Source: an uncultured Bacilli bacterium (GTDB lineage Bacteria > Bacillota_I > Bacilli_A > RF39 > UBA660). Taken from it: a DNA stretch of 64,000 bases. Shown piece by piece: positions 29,746 through 37,876 of this stretch. How positions within the stretch are numbered: position 1 is the stretch's first letter; every line of letters starts with the position of its first letter. The position numbers and the translations under genes were made by a program. The notes under the pieces were generated by a model. That model ran no database searches. It saw only the letters and a program-made list of their open reading frames with translations, and was not told the DNA's origin. Location: assembly GCA_947598485.1 (NCBI GenBank), contig CANQFJ010000004.1, positions 4,118-68,117 on the forward strand, read 5' to 3'.

Positions 29746-30849
29746 TTAATTAACAAAGTATGGATTTCCCTCTGAGCCATCGCCTTTCGATACAATGGCA
29801 TCTTTATTTAAATAAAATACTGGGTAGACATAACCAACATCAGTATTATTTTTTTCAAGGCCATTTTCCGTTGCTAATATACCAGAATGAGAAAGTACAA
29901 GATATGGTTTCTCATAATTATCTAAGAATGCCAAGTTATTATATTCCTCTTCTGATAATAAGCCTATCTTGCTATTTACTTGCACCATATTATCACCTTC
30001 ATCTGATAATGACCATTCAAAATCCTCAATCATTCCTTTAAGATATTTACCTTCACCTCTTAAGAAAGAATCAGATATTCTTGATAATAAATCATCACTC
30101 CATGAAGCTACTCCAGATGAACTAGTTTTTACAATTTTAATGCCCTCATCAGTAATCGAAATGATTTGATATAGCTTATCACTAGTACAATACTCATCAG
30201 TTGAGTTAAGACAAATATAATTATTATTGCTGATAACCTCATCTTTTAAATATCTGGCATCACTACAAACTACATCATCAACGCCAATTTTACCAAAATA
30301 CGTTTTATTTAAGATATTATCTTGATTTTGGGCAGGATGAAATGATGCCATTATGTTCCATGTTTGATTTGCAATAGTAGCCCCATCATTAGCTATATAA
30401 TAAGAAGATAATAAAGTTTTATTATCATCTAAATTGTAATCATTTAATTGAATATTTTCAAAAATAGTTTTACCATCAATTATACCCGTTAAAGTAATTT
30501 CATCATTATTGCTAATATGATAATATCCATCTTGATCTTCATCCCAATAATAATATAGATTATATTTGCAAACACTAAAACCCTCCATCTTATTTTGTAA
30601 AGACACCTTGTATGTTAAAGAGTTTAGACTAGTATCTGCACTATCAGATGGTAAGGTAAGATCCATTTGGTTTTTTTCATCTGCATAAAATGAAGGCCTA
30701 CTCCCAGCATTTTCTGATTTACCACTTTGTTCAAAATGCTTATTAATAGCATAATCTAAAGATATTAAAGCAAGAAAAATACCAATAATAATGACTATTA
30801 TTAAAGTTAAAGCATTTTTCTTTTTTATCACACTATATTTCTTCTTCAT
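29746..30849 (-). CDS. membrane-anchored protein with degenerate pilin-like N-terminus, paralogous at its C-terminus to the 11116-12132 pseudopilin-like protein
   Basis: N-terminus KKKNALTLIIVIIIGIFLAL. C-terminal SKIGLLSEEEY ... YVYPVFYLNKDAIVSKGDGSEGNPYFV parallels KIGLISASDWG ... YVYPAFYLNSKVVV..GTGTKVDPYIV. Confidence 0.5.
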   Translation of the reverse strand: MKKKYSVIKKKNALTLIIVIIIGIFLALISLDYAINKHFEQSGKSENAGSRPSFYADEKNQMDLTLPSDSADTSLNSLTYKVSLQNKMEGFSVCKYNLYYYWDEDQDGYYHISNNDEITLTGIIDGKTIFENIQLNDYNLDDNKTLLSSYYIANDGATIANQTWNIMASFHPAQNQDNILNKTYFGKIGVDDVVCSDARYLKDEVISNNNYICLNSTDEYCTSDKLYQIISITDEGIKIVKTSSSGVASWSDDLLSRISDSFLRGEGKYLKGMIEDFEWSLSDEGDNMVQVNSKIGLLSEEEYNNLAFLDNYEKPYLVLSHSGILATENGLEKNNTDVGYVYPVFYLNKDAIVSKGDGSEGNPYFVN

Positions 30850-30901
30850 ATTCTTCTACCTTAGAATAATTGTATAACATTTTAATAAGATAATCAATTA
30901 A

Positions 30902-31489
30902 TTATCTACTAACATTCATATCAAAATAAAGAGCACTTAAATAATTAATAAAACTATTATTTTTATTGATTAAAGACTCAACTTGCCAAACTTGAGCATT
31001 AGCTAGACGTAAATCTGCGCCAAGTTCCATTTTTTGAAAAGTATTGATAGCCTCATTATATGCCCTTAATTCTTCTGCCTGTTCTTTTTTATAAAAGGTT
31101 AAAGCGGCCTGTAAAGACTCAGCTATTGTTTTTTGAATGGCAATTTGGGATTGTATTTGCAAGGCTGTAAAATCACCTTCATAAGCCCGTTCCAACGCCT
31201 TTTTAACAGCATCAATATATATTGCAACAAAATTTGGGATATACACATTAGCATAGGCATCAACACTAAAGCTATGACCCATCAAGACATAGGTAGAGCC
31301 AACTAACTCAATAGGAAAAGAATCAATAGTTTCACCATTTAAAACGTATCTTGCTTGCTCTTTAATCTCATACATTTTACTATATTCCTCAGGAGTATAA
31401 GTCACCATTATAGTATCAGGATCTATGCCTATTTCATCTAATGCATCTGCCGCTTTTAATTGTTCTTTTTTTGAATCATCATTTTCCAC
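30902..31489 (-). CDS. hypothetical protein (acidic N-terminus, helical C-terminus)
   Basis: 195-aa ORF, co-directional and 2 nt downstream of the preceding ORF. No recognisable motif. Confidence 0.4.
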   Translation of the reverse strand: MENDDSKKEQLKAADALDEIGIDPDTIMVTYTPEEYSKMYEIKEQARYVLNGETIDSFPIELVGSTYVLMGHSFSVDAYANVYIPNFVAIYIDAVKKALERAYEGDFTALQIQSQIAIQKTIAESLQAALTFYKKEQAEELRAYNEAINTFQKMELGADLRLANAQVWQVESLINKNNSFINYLSALYFDMNVSR

Positions 31490-31491
31490 AT

Positions 31492-31896
31492 TTACCTCGT
31501 AACTGCTACTTTATTCTCAAGACCAATCACGATGAATTCCTTTAAATTATTTAAATCTTCTATAAATTTATCATATAATTCTTTTTTTAAATACTTCTTA
31601 TATTTAAATTCTAACATTTCATATAATTTGTTTAATTCTCCTAAACAAGCATTGTAATCAGATGAGCTATCATCATCTTCAATATGTTTTATCATATCCA
31701 AAAGTTTTTGATATTTAATCATTAATTTACGAACTACAATTTTACTAATTTTGTCATAATCATAAATCGTTATACACTTAACGCTTTCTTTCATAGTCGA
31801 TTTTGGTGTAAATGTATAAAAATTTTCTGCCGTAACTTTAATTATTGTTTTTTTATTAGAATCTTTTTTTATAATATAATTACTCATCTTTACCAC
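31492..31896 (-). CDS. hypothetical protein
   Basis: 134-aa ORF overlapping the trmD 3' end. Start ambiguous (31896 or MSNYII at 31887). No recognisable motif. Confidence 0.4.
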   Translation of the reverse strand: MVKMSNYIIKKDSNKKTIIKVTAENFYTFTPKSTMKESVKCITIYDYDKISKIVVRKLMIKYQKLLDMIKHIEDDDSSSDYNACLGELNKLYEMLEFKYKKYLKKELYDKFIEDLNNLKEFIVIGLENKVAVTR

Positions 31897-32554
31897 CCAT
31901 TAAATCCGGTCTATTTTCTTTTGTTAGTCTTTGTCTTTCCTCTTTTCGATATTCATCAATTAACTTGTGATTACCTGAAAGTAAAACTTCGGGAACTTCA
32001 TACCCTCGAAAGTTACGAGGCTTAGTGTATACAGGATAATCTAAAAGATTTTCGTCAAAGCTTTCACAATCAAGAGATTCATTAGTTATAACTCCCGGAA
32101 GAAGTCTTACAATAGAATCCGTTATGATAGCCGATGCAAGTTCGCCTCCGGTCAAAACATAATCGCCAATTGATATTACTTCATCGACAAAGTTTTTTAC
32201 CCTTTCATCTATGCCTTCATAATGCCCACAGATTAAAATTAAATGTTTATATTCTTTTAATCTTTTGGCTTCTTTTTCTTTATATAATTTTCCTTTGGGG
32301 TCGAGTAAAATAATATGACTATCTTCGGTTTTAATATCTTCCAAAGCCAAAATAATTGGCTCACACATAATAACCATTCCCGCGCCTCCGCCAAAAGCTG
32401 TATCATCAACTTGATTATTATTAAGTTTACTATATTTGCGATAATCTATTAAATTTATTACTACCTTGTTATTATCAATAGCTCTTTTAATAATAGATTC
32501 ATTTAAAAAGCCCGTAAGCATTTCAGGGAATAAAGTTAAAATATCAATCCTCAT
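31880..32554 (-). CDS. trmD: tRNA (guanine37-N1)-methyltransferase TrmD
   Basis: MRIDILTLFPEM, GGGAGMV, LICGHYEGIDERV, SIGDYVLTGGE. ATG 32554 follows GGGAGG. The track start 32578 adds 8 unlikely residues. Confidence 0.95.
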   Translation of the reverse strand: MRIDILTLFPEMLTGFLNESIIKRAIDNNKVVINLIDYRKYSKLNNNQVDDTAFGGGAGMVIMCEPIILALEDIKTEDSHIILLDPKGKLYKEKEAKRLKEYKHLILICGHYEGIDERVKNFVDEVISIGDYVLTGGELASAIITDSIVRLLPGVITNESLDCESFDENLLDYPVYTKPRNFRGYEVPEVLLSGNHKLIDEYRKEERQRLTKENRPDLMGGKDE

Positions 32555-32597
32555 AAAGCCTCCCATTACACTTAACAAAAGTATATCACAATTCTTT

Positions 32598-33077
32598 TTA
32601 TATTTTTAGACTTTTACTATTTTTTGTATATAAAATCTTACTGGTTTTATCAAAGTATTTGATATATTCATCAATTAAAGGGATTAAAAAACTATTGTTC
32701 ACTTTAACAAAATTTGTATTTTTCCCAAGGAAAATATCAGTTATAGTACCCAGATTTTCATCATTTTCAAACACTTTAGCTCCGATGAGCTCCTCTAGTA
32801 AATATTCATTTTCTTTTAAATTTAAACTATCGTATTGAACATATATTTCCTTATTAATTAAGTAATTAACTAAATTGATATCTTTTAAATTATTGACGGT
32901 TATTAAATAGAAATTTTTATGCTTTCTTATGGAAGTTATCTTATATGTATTGTTATCAATTATTATAGAGAAATCATTTTGAAATACTTTCTGGGGATAC
33001 TCAAAATCACTTAGTACTTTAAGCTCACCTTTAATACCATGGCATCCTGTAATTTTACCAACATATATATTATTCAT
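32598..33077 (-). CDS. rimM: 16S rRNA processing protein RimM
   Basis: VGKITGCHGIKGELKV N-terminal barrel and a PRC-like C-terminus. ATG 33077 has GAGG 6 nt upstream. Confidence 0.85.
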   Translation of the reverse strand: MNNIYVGKITGCHGIKGELKVLSDFEYPQKVFQNDFSIIIDNNTYKITSIRKHKNFYLITVNNLKDINLVNYLINKEIYVQYDSLNLKENEYLLEELIGAKVFENDENLGTITDIFLGKNTNFVKVNNSFLIPLIDEYIKYFDKTSKILYTKNSKSLKI

Positions 33078-33792
33078 TACCTGCCTCATACATAATTATT
33101 GACGCTGCAACCGCAGCATTAAGACTTTCGGCTTTTTCATTCATAGGAATATTTATAAAGTAATCACATAACTTTTTAATTTCATTACTTATCCCATTTC
33201 CTTCATTGCCAACCACAAATGCATTTTTTTCACCTTTACAATTTTTAATGTTTTGGCCTTCCCTTACATCAGTGCCTATTATTTTATAATTTTTTTCTTT
33301 AAGAATTTTAATCATATTCTCTATATTATTTTTAATAACATTAATATGAAATATCATCCCTTCAGAGGCTCTTATAGCTTTATCATTGTACATATCTACA
33401 GAGTCCTCACTAAGAATAATAGTTTTAAAATTAAAAGCTACAGCTGATCTAATAATAGTTCCTAAATTGCCAGGATCTTGAATCTTATCAAGAATTAAAA
33501 CTCTACCTTCAATATTGTCGGGTAAAATATAATTGCAGACAGCCATAATATGCGGTGGATTTACAACCATCGAAAGCTTAGCCATAATCTTTTCGTCCAC
33601 TAAATAGCAAGGTATATTTTCGTATTTAACTTCATCTGTGGCAATAATTTCTTTAACAACGCCCTTCTTTAAAGCCTCATTTACCAAATTTTCGCCTTCC
33701 ACTAAAAAAGTGTGCTCAATATCACGATATTTCTTCATTTTAAGTTTGGTCCACGCCAACACTTTTTCATTATTCGTACTAGTTATTTTCAT
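33070..33792 (-). CDS. TrmH/SpoU-family RNA 2'-O-methyltransferase
   Basis: VEGENLVNEAL, ILDKIQDPGNLGTIIRSA, VVGNEGNGIS, ESLNAAVAASIIMYE. Confidence 0.85.
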   Translation of the reverse strand: MKITSTNNEKVLAWTKLKMKKYRDIEHTFLVEGENLVNEALKKGVVKEIIATDEVKYENIPCYLVDEKIMAKLSMVVNPPHIMAVCNYILPDNIEGRVLILDKIQDPGNLGTIIRSAVAFNFKTIILSEDSVDMYNDKAIRASEGMIFHINVIKNNIENMIKILKEKNYKIIGTDVREGQNIKNCKGEKNAFVVGNEGNGISNEIKKLCDYFINIPMNEKAESLNAAVAASIIMYEAGNE

Positions 33793-34421
33793 TTTCTTAG
33801 CTCTTTTCTCCTTTCTTTGTAGTCAGGACATGCCAAAGCAACTATATTCCAAAATGCTTTAGAATGATTTCTTTCATAAAAATGAGCCATTTCATGAATA
33901 ATGACATAATCAATTAATCTTTCATCCTTTTTTATCAATTCTGTATTTAAAGTTATACTATTATCACGCGAGTTATTTACTCCCCATCTTGTTCGCATTG
34001 CGCGGAATTTTAGCTTATATTCCGGTAAGTTTTTAAAACATTTGGCACATATTTGAGCTTCCTTAGTAAATACTTCGGTATACTTATCTTTAAGGTAGTT
34101 TTCTAAAGCACTTTCATCTTTAGCATATATGAAATCGCCATTTATTTTTACTTCTTCAGCATTTTTATCAATTACTACTTTATATTCCCGGCCTAATAGA
34201 TGAAATCTTTCATTATAATCTTTTTTCTCTAATGCCGTATTATACATCTTAAGTAAAGAACTTTCATTTTTCTTAATAAGTCTTACAATTTCTTCATCTA
34301 AAGTACCCTTAGGACAAGTCACAATTAAATCAGCATTTTCATTAAAGCGAAAATACATATTACGATTATTTTTATATATAACAGTTACTAAAATTGTGTT
34401 TTCTCCTAATCTTATATTCAT
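33789..34421 (-). CDS. YgjP-like (DUF45/M48-type) metal-dependent hydrolase
   Basis: RWGVNNSRDNSITLN and IIHEMAHFYERNHSKAFW (HExxH with downstream NHS..FW). Confidence 0.75.
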   Translation of the reverse strand: MNIRLGENTILVTVIYKNNRNMYFRFNENADLIVTCPKGTLDEEIVRLIKKNESSLLKMYNTALEKKDYNERFHLLGREYKVVIDKNAEEVKINGDFIYAKDESALENYLKDKYTEVFTKEAQICAKCFKNLPEYKLKFRAMRTRWGVNNSRDNSITLNTELIKKDERLIDYVIIHEMAHFYERNHSKAFWNIVALACPDYKERRKELRK

Positions 34422-34462
34422 AACTTCATTGTAGCAAAAAAAGATTATACTTTCAAATATAA

Positions 34463-36256
34463 TTATGCTCTATGAAATGCTTTATCAATTTCTTCTTTTA
34501 TAAGATTGATTTGGTTTAAATTATAATAGCCATTGTAAATAAGGGCATAAAATAGTTGTTCAGAATCATTTTGATCTATACAAGATATATTTTTAGATAC
34601 TCTATGAATAGACATATACACTCCATTAAAGAAAATAGCATTAGGATTAATCATATATTCTCTTAAACTTTGAGGAAGTACGCTATAATTTTTATTTTCA
34701 TTAAATTTTGCCACGAATTCATCAGGAACTAAGGCATTAGAATTAGGCATTAAATCACTTAATGAGCAACCTGCATATAATTCTATAGAATAGTTAAAGC
34801 CTAAAGAAGAAGATAAATATTTTAACAATAAAGTTTCATAAGAATCATTTAACTCATCATAGCTAGTAATTAAAGCTATATCAACTCCCCATTCGATTAA
34901 TAAATCAAGCTTTCTTTCTAACATAGGATCGACAAGAAAAGAAATATTTTTCGTTTTACTATTAATATTTATACCATATTTTTGTAAAAGGGCAATCGAT
35001 GTAGTTAAATCAGTTAAAAGAATATCTAAATATTCAGAATAGTTTTTAATATTAATATCATTAGCTGCTAATAAGGCTATATTAGCCATTAAAGTTTTAT
35101 AGCTAGAACTTCCTATTTCTAAAATTTGTAAATTATGGCCTACAAAAGAAGTAGTTAATATTCCATTTTGTAAGAGGCTTTCTATTTTTTGAATAGCATT
35201 TAAATCATAGGAAGCAACACATATAATATTAGGAAGACTTATATTATACTTAGAAAAGAAGTCTAATATTCCTCTTAAACTAAGATTATTCATTTGGCAT
35301 AAAGCATCTACTTCTTGAGGAGTTAAATCATAAATATTAAGGTCATAGATTTTTAAGATATCTTTTAAAGCATTTCTAGTGCCTATTTTAAAATCATCAT
35401 GTGACGTTGTAATCTTATTCTCTTCTTTGGAATTAAGGTCATAGATATAGTCTAAAACCGCATTTTTAACCTCATCATCAAGATTTAAACATAATATACT
35501 CTCTAAGGCTTCTGGTCTAAGATAAAAAGGATATCTTAAGATAATATCTATAGTTTTTTGAATAGTATTATTGTGCCGATTTATTTCTCTTACTTTTTCC
35601 GCATATTTCTTTCTACTAATACTATATCTTTCTTTAAAATGCGCGCAACTATCTAAAATATATCTTAACTGCTCTGTATCATCCGCTAAAGTTATATAAA
35701 ACTCATCATTATCCTCACACTCAGAACGCATCATCTTTAATTCGCCAAAAGTAGAAAGAATATCTACTAATTCGGCGGCATTTTTTGAAGTAAAAGCTAA
35801 TTTCTTAAAAACTTTTATAAATGTTTCTACTTCCTTAAGATGGCTAGTAAATCTAACAATAAACTTACTATAACATTTCATAGACAAATCATATCTAGTA
35901 AATAAATCATATACTAAATTTTTAAAATTCATACTATCTAGTTCATCATTAAAATAAGCATCGATAATATCTTCCTCAGTACATGTAATAATTAATGGTA
36001 TTAATAGATCAAGATTTTCAAAATCAAAAATTTCACTATAAGTATTTAAAAAAGTAATTATATTTCGATAGTTCTTAGGCGAAATACACGTAAAATAAAC
36101 AAGACATAACTCTCTTACTGATGTTTCATACATAATTCGCATATGATCTTTAAAATCATCAAAATAGGTATCAAGAAAACTAATCCCTTGAGAAAGCTTA
36201 GGATAAACATCCACCGGATTTTGTTTTTTACTATTTAAATATTCAATAATACTCAT
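34463..36256 (-). CDS. 597-aa helical-repeat-like protein, unknown function (partner of the Gp49/HigB-like gene)
   Basis: Long ORF with ATGA overlap onto the upstream 298-aa gene. No TM, no signal peptide, no nucleotide-binding or HTH motif seen. Leu/Ile/Asn/Asp-rich with a helical periodicity. Confidence 0.5.
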   Translation of the reverse strand: MSIIEYLNSKKQNPVDVYPKLSQGISFLDTYFDDFKDHMRIMYETSVRELCLVYFTCISPKNYRNIITFLNTYSEIFDFENLDLLIPLIITCTEEDIIDAYFNDELDSMNFKNLVYDLFTRYDLSMKCYSKFIVRFTSHLKEVETFIKVFKKLAFTSKNAAELVDILSTFGELKMMRSECEDNDEFYITLADDTEQLRYILDSCAHFKERYSISRKKYAEKVREINRHNNTIQKTIDIILRYPFYLRPEALESILCLNLDDEVKNAVLDYIYDLNSKEENKITTSHDDFKIGTRNALKDILKIYDLNIYDLTPQEVDALCQMNNLSLRGILDFFSKYNISLPNIICVASYDLNAIQKIESLLQNGILTTSFVGHNLQILEIGSSSYKTLMANIALLAANDINIKNYSEYLDILLTDLTTSIALLQKYGININSKTKNISFLVDPMLERKLDLLIEWGVDIALITSYDELNDSYETLLLKYLSSSLGFNYSIELYAGCSLSDLMPNSNALVPDEFVAKFNENKNYSVLPQSLREYMINPNAIFFNGVYMSIHRVSKNISCIDQNDSEQLFYALIYNGYYNLNQINLIKEEIDKAFHRA

Positions 36257-37149
36257 TTTAAGCCTCGCTTATCTGACTGACATAAAGAAATAATATCTTC
36301 AAGATATTTTTGGTGCTCAGAAATAAATTCAGGATCATCACTTTTAGCGACATATTCATCAATCTCGCCAAGATATTGATCTCTAACTCTAGTTAATCTT
36401 TCTCGATATTCTTTACTCGTGTTATATTTTTTTAAAAAGCAATTTAAAACTAAGAATTTATTTTTACTAATCCTAACAAAAGTAATTCTTATTTGCCCTA
36501 ATCTTACTTCAAACATCTTTTTAGCACTTAAATACTTTAGCCCTTTGAAATGACCATCTATAAGCCCTGTGATTAATTCAAGCACTTTATCATATATTTC
36601 ACAAGGAATTCCTTTATCAATATCTTCATAAGGAATTACTCTATTTAAAGAAGTTCTAAAAAACAAAGTATTCTTACTATTTTGGGAACTAGCAATTAAC
36701 TCTTCTTCCTCTTCAAGACCATCAATAGCATAATAAATATCTAGTAACTCATCATACATTTTTTGAATATCTTCATCGTCTAATGATTGTGATTCAAAAG
36801 CTAAATTGCTAAGACTTGTTATATCTTTATAAAGAGCTATTTTAAGCATATTAATATATCTAGCATAATTAAGATTACTTGGACTAATCATACTTAGTAT
36901 AGTCATTGGTATTTCATCAACAGAAGAAGTTACTACTTTTTGATATAAAGCTAAGAAATTTTCATCAACGGCCAAAGAAGGCATTTGTTCCTGAACAGGT
37001 CTATGTAATGGTTTTGAAAAACTATTTTGGACACTAAAAGAAATAGACCTTCTATTCGCATTACTGGTAATACGGTAGTTATCTTTTATAATAGCTATTT
37101 TGTCTTTTATTGGTAAATCCGAACTATATCTTAATTCTTTATTCTCCAT
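36253..37149 (-). CDS. protein with C-terminal Gp49/HigB (RelE-fold) toxin-like domain and about 190-aa N-terminal extension
   Basis: GLKYLSAKKMFEVRLGQIRITFVRISKNKFLVLNCFLKKYNTSKEYRERLTRVRDQY follows the Gp49/HigB pattern (kLkg..lyElRi...yRi.Y.....ivlL..F.KK.....re...a..r...y). GAGGTG RBS upstream. Confidence 0.5.
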   Translation of the reverse strand: MENKELRYSSDLPIKDKIAIIKDNYRITSNANRRSISFSVQNSFSKPLHRPVQEQMPSLAVDENFLALYQKVVTSSVDEIPMTILSMISPSNLNYARYINMLKIALYKDITSLSNLAFESQSLDDEDIQKMYDELLDIYYAIDGLEEEEELIASSQNSKNTLFFRTSLNRVIPYEDIDKGIPCEIYDKVLELITGLIDGHFKGLKYLSAKKMFEVRLGQIRITFVRISKNKFLVLNCFLKKYNTSKEYRERLTRVRDQYLGEIDEYVAKSDDPEFISEHQKYLEDIISLCQSDKRGLK

Positions 37150-37171
37150 AGACCAAGCACCTCGGAAAGAT

Positions 37172-37200
37172 ATTATAGTAAAAAATATTAAATAAGTCTA
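37172..37200 (-). promoter_or_regulatory. putative sigma-A-type promoter for the 298-aa/597-aa gene pair
   Basis: Minus strand TAGACT, 17 nt, TATAAT. It lies between the upstream terminator hairpin and the GAGGTG RBS. Confidence 0.4.
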
Positions 37201-37223
37201 TTAAAAGCATAATTAAAGCAAAC

Positions 37224-37249
37224 AAAAAGTAGATTTTATTTTATCTACT
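37224..37249 (-). terminator. rho-independent terminator of the surface-protein/thioredoxin-like operon
   Basis: Minus strand agtagat-aaaataaa-atctact followed by ttttt. The stem includes the stop codon of the 187-aa gene. Confidence 0.6.
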
Positions 37250-37804
37250 CTTTGACTTCTTCTTATTAGTTACTACTTTTAAACCAACGACTACTGCTAC
37301 AAGAATTACCGCAATCACAGATATAGTTATAATTATAGCTAAAGGAAAACTAGGTCGTTCATATATTCCCTCATTAACTTCTAAACAAGCTTTGGTATCA
37401 TCACCATCTTGAACTTTATTAACTAAATTGCAATAGTTTTCAGACTCTTCATAAGCTTTAATAGCTTCAGTTAAATTGTTTTTCACTTTATCATTAAAGC
37501 CTATAAAATAATTAGATCCAATAACCATAAGAGGCATCTTATCTTTATTAATGTCTAAAAGATCTCTCACATCATCATAAAGATCTTTATTGTCACTAAT
37601 TTTAATAGTTTCCGGTCTAACTCTATTATGTTCTTTTAATAAATCTTCGAGCCATTTTTTGGCTTCATTACAATCCGTACAATCACCTTCATAAAAGAAA
37701 TATACTTTTATATTGTCATAAGATGAATTAGTTGCAAGAGCATGTGTAGTTATAGGAATGCATAGTATTAAAAGAAATAAAAACATAAATAATCTTTTTT
37801 TCAT
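37241..37804 (-). CDS. exported thioredoxin-fold protein with C-terminal TM anchor
   Basis: Signal peptide, CTDC (CxxC) followed by a helix (NEAKKWLEDLL), C-terminal TM PLAIIITISVIAVILVAVVVGL and a basic tail. Confidence 0.55.
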   Translation of the reverse strand: MKKRLFMFLFLLILCIPITTHALATNSSYDNIKVYFFYEGDCTDCNEAKKWLEDLLKEHNRVRPETIKISDNKDLYDDVRDLLDINKDKMPLMVIGSNYFIGFNDKVKNNLTEAIKAYEESENYCNLVNKVQDGDDTKACLEVNEGIYERPSFPLAIIITISVIAVILVAVVVGLKVVTNKKKSKSR

Positions 37805-37876
37805 ATAACTCCCTTATAGATAAACAAAGGTGTGGTATTAGATATCACACCTTTAGTATTAACAAAATATATTATT

